A DNA stretch of 64,000 bases from Podarcis filfolensis (Eukaryota): assembly GCA_964270895.1 (NCBI GenBank), contig OZ185435.1, one strand, 5' to 3'. Positions 13,501-27,674 of the stretch are shown piece after piece. The notes under the pieces were generated by a model. It was not told where the DNA came from and did no database searches. It was given only the letters and a program-made list of their open reading frames with translations. A program made the position numbers and the translations under genes. Within the stretch, counting starts at the first letter, position 1. Every line of letters begins with the position of its first letter.

Positions 13501-15189
13501 ACATACATTTGTCCATTTAGAACCACAGCCTTAGAATACTATTTTACTCAACAAAAATCTTGTGTGTATGTGGGAGTTTGTGGGTATGGGTGGGTGTCAG
13601 TCTTCAATTAAAAACCAGCACCAGGACTGCTTGTGTGGCATGATGATTTTCATGATTAATTGGTTGTCAGTGCTGTCATATTGATGTTCACCCAGGAGAT
13701 TTGAATAGCACTTGGGGGGGGGCAAATTGCAACAAATAAACAAACCACACCCAAACTTTCAAATCTTCATCTTATCACATGTATTTTCTATTGTTCTCCC
13801 TGAGATATGAATGTGCTTATACACTGAGCCACTATTTTGAGGGTTAAGGATGTGCCCATTTTAAGCCTTTCTCTTTTTCTGGAGGAGAGCAGATTAGGAG
13901 TGTGTGCATGTCTGTGTTGCATGTTTGAGAGCACGTAGGTGGTGAACAAACTGCAGAAATGATTGGCAGTCATCAAAGAACTCAAGTGCACATAAACATT
14001 CATGCTCCCTACTCTGCGACCCTAGTTTGTATTCCGATAACAACCCATTTATCTCAGAAGAACTTCATGAGTGAGAGTCTATCCTCTGAGTTCAAAGAGA
14101 TAAAAAAAAAATGTGTGTGTGCATGTGTGTTTGTAGGGTTTATTTTTCCTGACTCCCTTTCCTGCTCTATGGAAGCTTGGGGATCTATTACTGACTGTAA
14201 AAGAGAGTGTTGTTTAAAATCTGGAACTTGCAAGTGGCACTGAGAGCTTGCTCACTTGTCATCTGTTTGAGCATTTAAAGAAGTTGGATAATTGTGTGTT
14301 GTTTTTTTCTGCAGAGAAGACAGACTCCCTCCTTCTTTCCCATCCCACCCACAACTTCTTGCACTTCAAATTACTCTTTAGAGGGGAATTAAGCAAGAAT
14401 CATGAACACATGCTGTACCTGTCGAGAGAGCAAACCTGTCAACAAGCCTAGGACATCTCACTCTAAATTTAAAATGATGGGTGAATTGATTCAGTTGAGC
14501 AGATTTCAAGACTGGTTTGACCTAAACCCCAGACATCTCACTTTTACGTGTTCAGAGCTACACAGTGACAATCAGGCATTGTCCTTTGTATAGTCACATT
14601 CTGGAAGATAATGGATTTTGTATTCCTTCATGTACCACTGAGGCTTCAGTTAGTATATTATTTGAGAGTCTAAAAAGGCCATTTAAGTCATTGTTGGTCT
14701 TTTAATCACGGTCTGTTAATGCCTGACCTAAAGATAGGACATGATGTTCTAACAGTCCTGGTTCATTAAGACAGTATGAAATAATGAAGATGGGCAATGC
14801 GACTATTCCATATTTTCTTACTACTCTGGAGCTGATAAAGCAGCAAGCACTTCCTCTGACATCCTTCCTTCCATTCAGTCACTTTGGCTCACTTCTTAAT
14901 TCTAAAGGCTTTTCTAGGTACCAACACAGAAAGTTGAACAGCAAGTATGTCTTAGCAGAGGCTCATCACAGCATGGGAGCTTGCTACAAGGGTGGTTAAT
15001 ATATGTTACTGCTGCTGCTGGGTCATCCATGTTGATCCTATAAGTTTATTTAGAGGAACAGAGATCAGCAGAGATACCTGGGGCAAAGTAGTTCAAATGT
15101 AGATGCTGGGTGTACCAATTCAACATGTCTATTGCTCACAAATACCTGTGGCTTGGGGTGCCTTAAGTGTCCTTCTAATTGGGCAAGAA

Positions 15190-15272
15190 TTTTTATTTTA
15201 TTCTACTGTTTCATAAAATTTATATACCACTTGACTGTAAAAAACAACAGCCCTCAAAGCGGTTCAAATAAC
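15190..15272 (-). mobile_element. Short L2-type 3' tail remnant
   Basis: tttattttatt...aaatttatataccacttgactgtaaaaa...cctcaaagcggttc. Confidence 0.45.
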
Positions 15273-16104
15273 CTTGTAGGATCTATGTTACTCCTAGTAG
15301 AAGAGTGGAGACCTTAGCTAATAGTTAGCTGTTAGGTGAATCCAATTGATCTGAGACTGAGAAGAACTTGCCCTAGGTTCAGTTTTCAATTGTTTAGCTC
15401 TTCCTTGGACAATACAGGTGTTTCCCTACCATACCAGACATATTGTTTCAGTGCATTCAATATATGAATAAGATGCTCCCATCTTCACTTCTTGCCAACC
15501 CATGTACAAGCTGGGTGCTGCACTTTTGTGGAAGCCTAGCCTGCAACATTCCTCTGAGAGTTCAGGCTCAAAAACTGAAGGTGCATGCATTTTGGGTTAG
15601 GTGAGATTTAGTTATCAAAAGCAACATTGCTCTGTTTTGAAGAAGCTGCCATCCCTGGATTCGGAATGCTAACATCTGTTGAGAGTGTGCATCTGTTCAG
15701 TACCGCAAGCTTGTAAACAGATTTGGGAAACTGTCTAGGATTCATCTTTGCAATGCAACACATTATCTGAGAGCAGATTTCAGTAGAAGGCTATATAAAA
15801 ACAACAACCTCAGTAACCAATTAAGGAGTTTGTACACATCTTTCTTCATCCGCTTCCACTATAACCATGTTGTTCTGATTTGAAATGAAATCAATGTGGT
15901 GAACTTAATTTACATTGTTGTTATGTGTTCTGGAACATTATGGGTTGTGTACAATAGGTTTTATTGACTGAGATTTCTGGGGAGGGGGGGAATGTTAAAG
16001 ACTTGTGTAAATTCCATACATGTTACTGGCGTATTGTGGATTTTCAGTTGTCTGTGAGTGGTACTCCCCTTTGCTCTCTCTCTGGCCACTCCAGTGCAAG
16101 TTGC

Positions 16105-16245
16105 TAGGAATACAGGAAACTATGGTATACTGATTCACACCATTGGTCCATCAAGCTTAGTATTGCCTACACTGACTGGCAACAACTCTCTAGAATTTCA
16201 GAAAGGAAACCTTTCCAGTCTTGCCTGGGAAGTTCCATCACTGAG
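16105..16245 (-). mobile_element. Decayed squamate SINE with a CR1-like tail (Squam3-like)
   Basis: aggaatacaggaaactatggtatactgattcacaccattggtccatcaagcttagtattgcctacactgactggca matches a recalled consensus. Confidence 0.55.
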
Positions 16246-17220
16246 ACACAGCCTGAGTCTGAGTTACTAGTAGGACACAGTGCTGGCGTGATCCTCTCCC
16301 ATATATGAAAGTTGCCAGGAGGTGAGGGGGAAATTGTTATGACAATGACTGGGTTAATACTGGTATCTCTTTCCTAGTCTAAATAAGTGTGCCTTAAATA
16401 ATCCTCTCTCTCCATTTTACAACCTGTGCAGGGCAAGAGGGTAGCTTTTGCTCTGCCTTCCCTTCCCATCACTATGATCACATTATGCTTCTTTTTCCTC
16501 TCCCCTCCCCCTTTCTTCTCTATTGAATCCATCTTCCTTTTGGTATAATTTCCCCTTGCACTCTCCATCATTGTGCTCAAAAGAGTATATTGTTTCCACC
16601 CATGAGGTTTTAGTTCTTGCTTCCTCCACTCAACAAAAGCTTACATGCCAAAATCTCCATGTCTTCCATATTGCTCCCTCTGTCTGGATTGCACCACCCT
16701 GTTGTATTAGTTTTGCATGCTTCCCTTTAATTTCTTCTGCAAAACATATTCTAGATCTGTAGAGGAGACATCACCTAATGTTTTCTGTTTCTATGAAGGT
16801 CTCCTTTCTGCCTCCACTCTTTAATAAGCCCTGTCCCTTGACTTTATTCTCTCTTAAAAAGAGGAAGTAGTGCTGGCCTACATATTTAGAAGAGCGATTG
16901 GGACCATATCACTTTGAAGGCCAGGTGAAAGACCTCATGACAGAATGCTCTTTCACACATAAACTCTCTACACATTAACAGATCAGAGAGCAAAGGTTAG
17001 GATGATTTTCTACTGATGCTTTACCCTTCCTAGGCTCAGAGTTGTTGCCATGTGGGAACATCCTCCAACTGCATTCTGTAACTATATAGTTCTGTACATG
17101 CAGATTCTTCTATGCCCTGGACACAGAGCATCCATTTCACCTTCATGCCTGTATGGTGCTTAGCTCTACATCACCACCAAGAAATATTCAGGTCACTTAC
17201 ACACAAACCTGTTTATTGAG

Positions 17221-17308
17221 CATTAATTCTGATTTGTTTGCTGGGAGGTTACATGTTATCGCATACTTCCCAGTGCATTTTCCTGTCACTTTCTTTATCG
17301 CAAGAAGT
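17221..17308 (+). repeat. Copy A of a diverged interspersed repeat (partner 51630-51744)
   Basis: 17262-17308 vs 51698-51744: 37/47 ungapped identity, plus a shared upstream CATTAATTCTG. Confidence 0.7.
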
Positions 17309-17594
17309 CTGATCTCCTGGGGAAGTGGGTTTGTTGCTTTTTATATACAAAATTGTGCAATTGTTTTTGTTGCTGACATTTCGATTGTGAAATTGCTTCA
17401 AGGTATTTTATTGGAAGCAATTTCTAAATGCAATTAAATAAATACATACAAAACAAGACCTCACAATCAGCTATAATTTCTCAACCTGAAATTGCTGGTG
17501 TGTGATTGAATGCCACCTCAAAGCTATGACAGTCTTAGGTGAAACTGTTTTACTAAGTTCTTTGATAGCTATGGCTAATGGAAGTTACAGTGTA

Positions 17595-17836
17595 CAGTGG
17601 TACCTCAGGTTACATACGCTTTAGGTTACATACACTTCAGGTTACAGACTCCGCTAACCCAGAAATAGGACCTTGGGTTAAGAACTTTGCTTCAGGATGA
17701 GAACAGAAATCGTGCGGTGGTGGCGCAGCAGCATCATGAGGCCCCATTAGCTAAAGTGGTACTTCAGGTTAAGAACAGTTTCAGGTTAAGAACGGACCTC
17801 CGGAACGAATTAAGTACATAACCAGAGGTACCACTG
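17595..17836. mobile_element. Tc1/mariner (pogo/Tigger-like) MITE, 242 bp
   Basis: TIRs CAGTGGTACCTCAGGTTA ... TAACCAGAGGTACCACTG; TA duplication at 17593-17594 and 17837-17838; internal aggttacatac and caggttaagaac repeats. Confidence 0.93.
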
Positions 17837-17838
17837 TA

Positions 17839-18698
17839 TTTTTTTTAATAAATTTTTTATTGGTTTTTCAACACATATTAAAAGACAATACAATACAATA
17901 CATAAACAAACAAACATATAAACACGTATAATTTCTTAACCTTTTTTTTCCTTAGACCTTCTTTCAGCGACTTCCCCATACCTCCCCTTTCTGCATCCCT
18001 GTTTTAAATCTTTCCAGCAACCCCTAATTTCAATTTCTTATAGCACTTTCTTTAAATCTTTTTTCTCATATCCCATTGTTTGTCACTGCAATTCTATTTT
18101 GCATTACCCAAGACATTTTAGCATTCATTAATTTTACAACAGTTCTTAAGATAAACTTTAAATTTCTTCCAATCTTCTTCCACCGTCTCTTTCCCTTGGT
18201 CACGGATTCTGCCAGTCATCTCCGCCAGTCCCATGTAGTTGATCACCTTGGTCTGCCATTCTTCCAGTGTGGGTAGCTCTTGTGTCTTCCAATACTTTGC
18301 TAAGAGTACTCTTGCTGCTGTTGTAGCATACATAAAAAACGTCCTATCTTTCCTTGACACCAATTGGCCTACCATGCCCAGGAGGAAGGCTTCTGGTTTC
18401 TTCACGAAAGTGCATTTAAGCACCTTTTTCATTTCATTATAAATCATTTCCCAGAAGACCTTGATCCTTGGGCACGTCCACCAAAGGTGGTAGAAAGTAC
18501 CTTCAGTTTCCTTACATTTCCAGCATTTATTATTGGGCGTATGATAGATTTTTGCAAGCTTGACTGGGGTCATGTACCACCTGTAAATCATTTTCATAAT
18601 GTTCTCTCTTAAGGCATTACATGCCGTAAACTTTATACCGGTAGTCCATAACTGTTCCCAGTCAGCAAACATAATGTCATGCCCAATGTCTTGTGCCC
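17839..18698 (-). mobile_element. 5'-truncated L1 of a second lineage (ORF2 C-terminus, 3'UTR, A-rich tail) with 8-bp TSD CCACTGTA
   Basis: Open frame 18118-18698 encodes AQDIGH...CWKCKETEGTFYHLWWTC...KKPEAFLLG. T-tract at 17839-17846. ccactgta occurs at 17831-17838 and 18700-18707. The N-terminal 17-18 aa of the track ORF are flank DNA. Confidence 0.95.
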
Positions 18699-19989
18699 GC
18701 CACTGTACTGTTTTCATAGAAAAGGTTTCAAGTGGGTTGGATTGAAGCATTACTAAAATATACCATGAATATCAGACAAATGACTGGGCTAGTATTTTGC
18801 TTACCAGGGAATAATAACAAAATAGTATTGCATGAGGGTAATGGTAGGTTAATGCTAGGCAAGCTGGTGCCATGGGACATAGGATGAATTTACCAAACTC
18901 TCTAATATTGGGAGTGAAAGCTATTTTTAAATGCCCTTTTTATTCCCTCTGAAATTTCCTTCCAAACGACTCTGAAATAAATCCCCTTTTGTAATGTTCT
19001 TATCCTTTTTTCTTTGATGAATTTTCTCCCAGCCCTCCTACTCTCTCAGCTGTTCCAGAATTTCCTTCCTAAATCTCTTCTGTCCTTCATTAACCTCCCA
19101 GTGTCCCTCACCGCCCAGCCATGACCGCACAGAAAAAGCAAAATGGAGGGAAGCAATTGTCCATTTCTTTCTCTTTTAAATTAAATCCTTGATGTTTAAA
19201 CCTGATGTCCAGTACTTCATCCCACAATCTGTCCCTTTTGACATGGCCTTTCATGAAAACATACTTCGGTTTCCACCTTTTTTAACCCATGAGAGCTTCT
19301 GCACTTCAACAGATTAATGACGCATAGAAATCAACAACTTGAAGACTTTCCTAGCATGGAGCTACAGTGATGGGAACAGTTTGTTATGCAGTTGTAGCAT
19401 GTGCAGAGCCTCTGACCCCAAAAGAGTGGGAAACAGAGTTGAAGACAAACAAAGCTTCACTTAAAAGAGAGTGCTACCATATAGTCTCTCTACTTCAGGG
19501 TCAGGGAACACTTTTCAGCCCAAAAGCAGCATTCCTTTGTGAAGGGTATGTTCCTGAGATTCCCTACCGTACGCTACTTCATGGTAGTGGTAGTTCATTT
19601 TTCCCATCCTAGGGGGTGATGAGCATAACTGAGTCTGCTTTTCTCACCTGTTCAGGGATTCAAGAACAATGGGGGTGGCACATCATGCAGGTTTCTGCAG
19701 TGCCATCTCTGGCTTCCTGGCACTACAATTTTCTGGAAATTAAAGTGTTTCAGAACAACTGAAGTGGAGGAAGATAAGTGGAAAATCAAGTACTAGAAAT
19801 GCCACCATAATAGAGAGGTTTGTAATACCAACCTCTCTCCCATTTTCACTCCAGACTTCATTACAAAATTAGACTCCAACCCCTCCAGAATGTGAGGAGC
19901 ATCTTGGAAACATATGGTTTAAATCTGCTGGGATGGTTTCCAATGGGTGGTAGCTAGCTAGCATGTTTGGCCACAGGTGGTATTGAACC

Positions 19990-20168
19990 TATAGGAACCA
20001 ACTCCTAGTGGCAGAGGTCCCTTCGCGTGCCCCCCATAAAATATATGAGGAGAGTGGGGCCCCCAAAGTTGATGGGTATTGGTGTGCATGTGCTGTGTCT
20101 TGTGATCGATTATGCAGGACAGGACTTACCTCCCCCCAAAAAAATATTTTACTCAGGTTGCCACCCCT
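19990..20168. mobile_element. hAT-like MITE fragment (CAGGGG terminus family)
   Basis: Resembles a recalled lizard repeat (ggaaccaactcctag...ggggcccccaaagttgatggg...atattttactcaggttgccacccctg). Confidence 0.45.
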
Positions 20169-22404
20169 GATGGAACCTGAACCTTTCTGAAAGTAGGAAG
20201 GAGTCCCATTCACTTAGCCCAAAGGTTATAGTGTGGTGTTTTTGAAAGAAAGAAAAAATGCTTTGTGCATGTTAAGTGCTTAATAGAGAGAATACTTAAA
20301 ATAAGAAACAAAGACTTAAGTGTATGTGTGTACAGGAGTCATTCTTTGAGGACAGCATAGACCATGCTGCATTACCAGTTAGTCATTTGGTTATACATGC
20401 ATCATGAGAGATTTCTGCCATTAATATCTTATAACTTTCAGAAATCGAATAAGAATGCACAAAGACATGTAAAAGTTGTGTTTAATTTTAGACTACTCAT
20501 ATTAGCATTTCTGCCAGTTTTACTTTTTATCTTGTGGTAATCTGAAAAGTTTAAGAACTCTGAATCTCCTGTTTTATGCAGTTGCAATCTAATTGCATAC
20601 TGTCTGTAATCCTCTGCAAAATGCTACATATTTTACACACCAGATTTAAAACCCAGTTTTTTTCTTGCAGTAGTAGAAAATAAATCGCCTATGCTAAATA
20701 ACTTTTGCAGCTTGTGATGATATAGTTGGAGAATGGAACAATGCTGGGACATGGAAGCAAAGAAAGTCCCTTTAATACCTGTTTAAGGGGTTTAAGTAGC
20801 TAGTTTTATTTTCAGTGAGCTGTCTGTATGGAGGGTAGATTATACTCTTATCTCTTTATGTAGGGGCATATGTATTCAGAGTATCTAACCTTTAGAAAAA
20901 GTTCAAATTTTGTTAACATGGGGTTGTGATTGCATAGGGCTACATATGGAACAACTGACTTGATGCAGGATCAGACAAAAGGACACATAATCACAAAATT
21001 GGAAGGGAAATGAAAAAGAATGATCTAGTTCAATTCCATGCTGATGCAGGAAATCTGCCGCTGCAGCATTCCTGATAGGTGGCCATTCAGCCTCTGGACA
21101 GATGCAAATGAAGTCAGTATTGATTATGATACATATCCATAGCACACTCTTAAGAGCTGCATGTCTTTGACTATTTGAATTGTTAAAACAACCCACTGGT
21201 GGCCGATGAACATTGCTGCTTCCCCTCCTCCCATCTTGCTTCAATTTATTTCTTATTGTATGCTTCCATGGATTAAAAAGGTGCCTGCAAAAAAGAAAAT
21301 GGACCTAAACCACTCTTCATTGTAAGCAGACATAATTTGTTCTGTTAATGACAGCATGTTTCTTTAGACAAGCTTTCATCATGTCTGCACTGGGCCCATG
21401 CTTTTCAGCTCACATTCTGTCCCTAGTGTAAAATATAAAAACCCTTGGATGGACTGGTACGGAAGCTTTAAGAAAAATTTTATCCACCCGCCGGTGATTT
21501 TGCTCCACCCGCTGTATGCATTTTCTAAAACACAATATCCCGCTTCTTAAGCAGAATTTGATCTTTGGGTGGTGTTTTAAAGTACTATCCAGAGGGAATA
21601 TTTGTGCATCTGGAGACTGTTAACCTTAGAAAATGAAACTTTATTACAGTAACATCAAGTGGCTGATTTCAACTGCTCAAAGCCAGTTTGATTCATTATG
21701 GTAAACACTACTTTGCTTCTGGGAACCTTCCTCTCAGGCTGTGCCATTGTGATGCAGGAAGAATGTAGAGAGTTCTGTGGCTTCTTGACATATCAGCCAA
21801 AGCACTGTAGGCTACAGATAGCAATGGGGAGTATCATTATTCTCAAAAGTTGCCCTCTGTTTTCTCATGATCAAGTGGATATCTCTGTAATAAGTGGGTG
21901 GGGAAAGCTTTGTAACACCACATTTTCTGTGAACCGATAAGCTGAGATTAAAAATGACTGAATTAAAAATGCCCTTGGAGAACATGTATAATGGGAGTTC
22001 TTTGCCCAATCATGGCTGCTAAAAATTATGCAGTAGTGTAAAAACATTACTAGCTCACCACTCAACATCAGTGAGTTGCACTGAGGTCCTTACTTAGTGT
22101 GTTTACTTACCTGAAAATTAATTCATTCCTCTTGAGCAGATGGAGGCTGATGATGTGATGAGAATACAATGCGGAGACAGACAACAATCACTCTAATAAA
22201 AACTCAGATGTTGAGAAGTGAGTATATAGGCTTACTATGCCAAGACCTGAGTAACCCTTTTGTTAGCAGATGCAGCCCTTTCACTTCTACAATTGCGCTA
22301 TAAGCAATCAAACCAGTAAGCCTTAAGTTAACCATAGTTTACAGTTTGATATGAACTGAGAAACTACCAGCCATTTCAAATATGATATATCACAGTTTAT
22401 TTCA

Positions 22405-22500
22405 GACTACCCCAATCTTCCAGATGTTTTAGACTACAACTTCCATAATCCTTAAACATTCTCCATGCTGGTGATGGCTGATGGGAATGGTTGGGGAATG
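22405..22500. mobile_element. Partial hairpin MITE, same family
   Basis: ccagatgttttagactacaacttccataatcc...ggctgatgggaat. Confidence 0.55.
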
Positions 22501-24927
22501 TAAGAATGAGCAGCAGTGGGCCTTGAGCTCCTGTCATCCAGCATGGCCATGCGATAGGAAACATTTGCCCCCCCCCCTTTTTTAAATTAACTGCAGTTTA
22601 ACATTAACTGAAGTTCATATTAGGAATGCTTTGTTGAAACAAGCCAGCTTGTTTGAAGTTAACTATAGAATGCTGGAAATATGCCAAGATTATTTCACTT
22701 TGTTAGGTTCAGAAGAAATGACAAGCTGCAGTTAATAAAGGGGGGAAAAGAACAATAAAAAACCAGAGTGAAAGCTTCTTATCTCCTTGTGGCTGTGCCA
22801 CAGGAGAAGAAAGGGAAGCAGGCAAGTGGCGTGGGATTAGCTGTGGCTTATTAATGTCAGCCAGCACTATGTTTGTCAGCTGCTGAACAAGTTAGGACTG
22901 TGGTTTAATATTCTGGTTTATTCCAAACCTTAGCGCACCAGTTCTGATGAAATGAGAAGCAACCAGGGAAGCTTCCTGGTTTGATGGCTTCCACTTTGAA
23001 GGGAGAAGTAGCTGTGTGTACAGGCAAAATTCTTGGTCATACCTTGTCTTATTAAGCCATGATATGATGAGTTCAAGAATGCTTTGCTGAAATCTGTCCT
23101 CCAATTTCTTAAAAATTTTCCCTTGTGAAACAGGCTTCCATTTTTCTGCTTAAATATCGGGGCACTTGAGAATTTCTTTAGAATGTTGGTGGATGTTAAG
23201 CTTTTACTGTATCATTGCGAGGTGACCAAATTTGCAGTGTCTGGCTGCCTGCACTTCCTTCTCTTGAAAAAGACCCATGGAAGGATTTATCTCAGGAAGG
23301 ATTGATCTCTGGGCTTTTATTAAGGGCAGACACCTGCCAGGCTGCATAGTGCAGATCACTGATGAGAAGATTTGTGGAATAATAGAAATGATGCTCACAT
23401 GCACCCTCAAAAGAAGGCAAGGGCAGCAAAAACTCTGCAACCTATCCATGAGAATTTTACTGAATTTCCCCCCTCCCCTTTGATAATTTTCTGATACAAT
23501 TTATTTTCTCATTAATTGGTGGATAATGGTAAAAAAATGTGTGATAATTTTTGGCACAAAACTGGGTTTCAGAAAGGGGAGGAAGTGAAAGGACTTGCAG
23601 CAAAGCCTTCATTGTGTTGTGCCAGTTTTAAAAACTTTCGCCAGTCATCTGTATTGAAGAGACTGTCTGGTAGGTGTCATGGGATAAATTCATCCGTGTG
23701 CTTATTTTCATTAGAATCCTCTTGATGTAAAATTCAAGTAATATTTCTATAAAATTAGATTCCTCTTTTCAAAAGCATCTATAGTATGCACCAATTCCAC
23801 AAAATTAGCTCCAACATACATTATCCAGAATAAATATTCATATGCAAATGCTCATTAGAAACCAGGGAAAGCTGGTTATCAGTAGTCAGTTTTTCTGCCA
23901 TCAAATATTGTATATTCTCAAGTTTGCACTCCATTTTACTTTTGCCCCCAATTAACCAGATCTTGACACCTGAATAACTTTGTGGAGTCATCTACATATA
24001 ATTACAGGCATAGGGTAAATTTTTCTTTGCAACACAATTTAACCTATGAAATGTCTCTCCTTGTCTGTTCAACTCACCTCTTGCCTGTGCATCACTCCAG
24101 ATCTCCAGTAAAAGCTTCCATACTCTTTTTCTTTTGCCATTTCCTATTTTTGATCCACACCTTCCTGAGTGTGTGAAAGCTATTTTGAGGTAACACTCTT
24201 TCTAACTATTATTTCTGTATTGTTTGAAAGTTCAGGAATTTCTAGTTAAATAATTCTAGGACCAGAACTGCCATCCCTATTCAGCAATTAGCTCTCCTCC
24301 ATGTTCTCTGACTGTGACATATGTAAGAGAGACAAAGTTCCCAGAATATTTCACAGCTGTTGGGCAGAAGATCAGGCAGGCTTGCCAGCAACCTGGACCA
24401 CGACCCGATGGAGCAACATGTTAGCATTCTGGCAGCTGCTTGGCTGGGAGGAGTCTAGGAACCAGCTGTGGACAACTGCTTCCAGATACAGTTGACCCTG
24501 AAATAACACAGCGGACTATATGCTTGCCTGCTTTTATTGTTGTGATAGTTTAGTGCTCCCATACTTGCATGAAGAGGGTAATCATGGTGACAGGGGCTTT
24601 GTCGCCTTGCATTTAGCCCTGCCTCCAAGGTCACACAGCTCCTCCCACCCCCCACCCCCCACCATTGCCACCCTTGTCATAACTTCTGCAGCCTGCTGTA
24701 CTTGAGGAGGTTTCCCATGTAACGTGGAAACTTGGACAATCTGAGTTCTAAATCACATGGGGAACCTCCACATGAAAAATAGGATCTGTAGTATTACAAA
24801 CTCTTCCTCTCTTCCCTCTTTCTGGCTCTGAAATTCATGCAGTTTCATGTGCCACACTGAGGGAGAGGTTTCTGCTTTTGACATGGTCTTGTACAAGGTT
24901 AAACTAACATAAATATAGAAATGGTGT

Positions 24928-25390
24928 TGTCATGACCTCAGAGTCCAGCAGCAATCGAGATTCTTGAGTTGAAGGCTACAGAGTCTCCAGCTCAGAAGCC
25001 AGTTTAGGTCCAGGGCTCTGAGCATGCTGCTGGAGATGCAGAAACCATAGCACTTGAGGCTGATGGACAGAATCCCCCAGAAGAACCTCCTGTAGCACCA
25101 CTAGTGGCACAGGGCATGTCCCATGCAGGAGGATATAGAAGAGAAGAAGGCCCATTTTCAGGCCAGAGGATTGGCCCTGAAGAATCTGATGCTCTTCACA
25201 ACAGGGGTCAGACCCTGAAAGAGGTAGTCTGGAGACAGAGGCTTAAAAAGGCGCAGTCTGCTCTCAACCTTTTTTTGGAGCACGTTGCTCACTCGGTTAT
25301 CTGTGGTTGCAGCAACTCCTGAATTCATTTCTTTCCCTAAGAAGCCTGTACCAAATGTAGTTCATCCAGACTTCCTGCATCATTAGCATT
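24928..25390 (+). mobile_element. Decayed solo-LTR-like segment
   Basis: Starts TGTCATGACC like 45699; TATA-like ggcttaaaaagg near 25240; right end uncertain. Confidence 0.4.
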
Positions 25391-27308
25391 ATAAATACTG
25401 AGTTCCTCCCTGTTGCTTTTTCATTTTGCAGCACAGCATTCCTTTCTTCTAAAGTAGACTCCTGAGCTCCAGTTCATTAAATGGAAGGCACTCTATGCAA
25501 TATCTAAGGGATGCTCCTTTAAGTACTCAGTGAGAAACAGCTATAAAGGAGACTACTTACTTTGTCTGTGTTACTTGTGTGTATTGGAACTTCTCATAGT
25601 GAATCTTCTTCTTTTCATAGTGTAGAACAGGTTCTTTTTTTCAGCTTTTCACTTATCCATTCTGAATGTGTCAAATTTTGATTGCTGGAGCGTAGAAGGG
25701 TAACACCTTAAGAGCTGGGTTCATAGCTTGGAAGTGCTTCTCAATCCAGTATTACTTCTGGAAGCTCATATGTTGGCTGTGACTTGGAGCACTTAAACCA
25801 ATTTATGTTGGTGTTCTGCTTTCCTGGAAAATACTTATCTGGTTAGTGTAACATATGCCAATTATATACTATTTTAGTTGGTTTCAACTTTTTTATGAGC
25901 CACGTTTAAAGCAATGGGTTTCATCTTTAAAGCCCTTAATGGTTTGGGTGCACAGCATCTAAAGGACCTGACATTTTAATGAATTTGTGGTTGTTTTGTG
26001 GTTGTAGCATAATGTTTAGGGATGTCACAAGAAAACAAATAAGAGCACTCAAAACTGTACCTTCACGTGTGAGGTCAGTGTAGGTTGAGTAGGGTCTCAT
26101 TCATCCCATGCTTCGAATTTCCACAGTGACTGTCTCTTCCTTCCCCTGCCACCCCAAAGACACACCAAATTTACCTGTGGCAGTGGTGGCAGGGATGCTC
26201 CCATTCCTTGGGGGGGGGGTGTCCAATGAGACTTGTGGTTCCACTCCAACCATTGGCAGGAAAGGATGCTCCACTGAGGAGCTGGTTCACTCACCTTCAT
26301 TGTTGCTACCTTGCCTTCTCCTGGTGTCATGAGAGCTCATCAAACTTATCTGGGGCTGGGGAAGAGGAGGGGGGAGCAGCAAGTGCCAGGAGGTGTACCA
26401 GCTTCTCTGCTGAGCATCTTTTGAGATTTGTAATCTCAATACATTCCTCTAAGTGAAAGACTCAACACTGAGGAGGTGGCATATCTGCCTATACCACTGG
26501 ACTCTCTCACTTCACCTGTTCCAGATACATTTGGTGAATCCTTGGGGTGGGTGGTAAAATGCAGAGAGCAGAAGTTTTGAGAGCCCACTGGTGTGTTGTG
26601 CATAAAGCACCAAACCCCTTGGGAACCTGCACGAAGGTGCTCATACATCCCTAATAATGATAACTTAAGTAGAATATTCTTTGGCTTAAGCCTTAAGGAA
26701 TCTACCAACTGGCAGAGCAAGCATTAGTGTAGTAGTAGCAACAGTAGATCACATTGGTTGAATCTCCCTCCACAGTAAAGGACATATTGTGAATAGAAAA
26801 TGCCTTTCAAATCAAAAGAGTGATATTGTTCATTTGTGATTATCACCACTGCCGAGGCATTCCATGCTAACATCTGTGTTTAGGCCATCTTTGTTCTTCT
26901 GTAAGTAACTGAAAGGGGACAGGGTCAGGAATAAAATCACCCTCTGATTCAACAAACCAGAAGAATTTTAGTTTGCCCTCTGATGTGTCTCTTGTCAACT
27001 TGCTTGCAGCAAGTGAAGCTGAGATGAAAAGGCATCCTTTAGCTTAGTGATTGTTGTTCTTAGACCTCTTTATCATGGTCTGGTAATTTCATGTGACACA
27101 ACAGTCCTTATTTCCAAAATGCTGGATCTAGGGCTACTGTGATATAATAAACGTGGTTGAGTAGTGAGCAAGGCACATATTTAAACAATCACACAACACA
27201 CTGAATTCTCTGCAAAGATCCACCGCCATTCTCAAACGCAGCAGTTTGGTCATGTGAATCAACTTTAAGTTCCACGGGCATCATCTTGGAATATGTGAGT
27301 ATATAAGA

Positions 27309-27674
27309 GGTAAAGGTAAAGGTACCCCTGCCCGTACGGGCCAGTCGTGTCCGACTCTGGGGTTGCGCGCTCATCTCGCTTAAGAGGCCGGGAGCCAGGG
27401 CTGTCCGGAGACACTTCTGGGTCACGTGGTCAGCGTGACGAAGCTGCTCTGGCGAGCCAGCACCAGCGCAGCACATGGAAACGCCGTTTACCTTCCCGCT
27501 ATAAAGTGGTACCTATTTATCTACTTGCACTTAGGGGTGCTTTCGAACTGCTAGGTGGGCAGGAGCTGGGACCGAACGATGGGAGCTCACCCCGCCACGG
27601 GGATTCGAACCACCGACCATACGATCGGCAAGTCCTAGGCACTGAGGTTTTACCCACAGCACCACCCGTGTCCC
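27309..27674 (-). mobile_element. Sauria SINE (tRNA-related head, Bov-B-related 3' part), full length
   Basis: B box GGTTCGAATCC (ggattcgaacc at 27601-27611 on +), A-box-like TGGTGCTGTGG (27654-27664), (ACCTTT)n tail at the left end, CpG-rich body. Confidence 0.93.

Noticed and set aside
18699-18750. N-terminal extension (MLQSNPLETFSMKTVQWR) of the 210-aa L1 ORF
   Set aside because: Lies beyond the L1 5' truncation and TSD; flank DNA in frame by chance.
23830-23860. Octamer ATGCAAAT (also near 21102, 30425, 37285, 38472)
   Set aside because: The count is close to chance for an AT-rich 8-mer; no support without conservation data.
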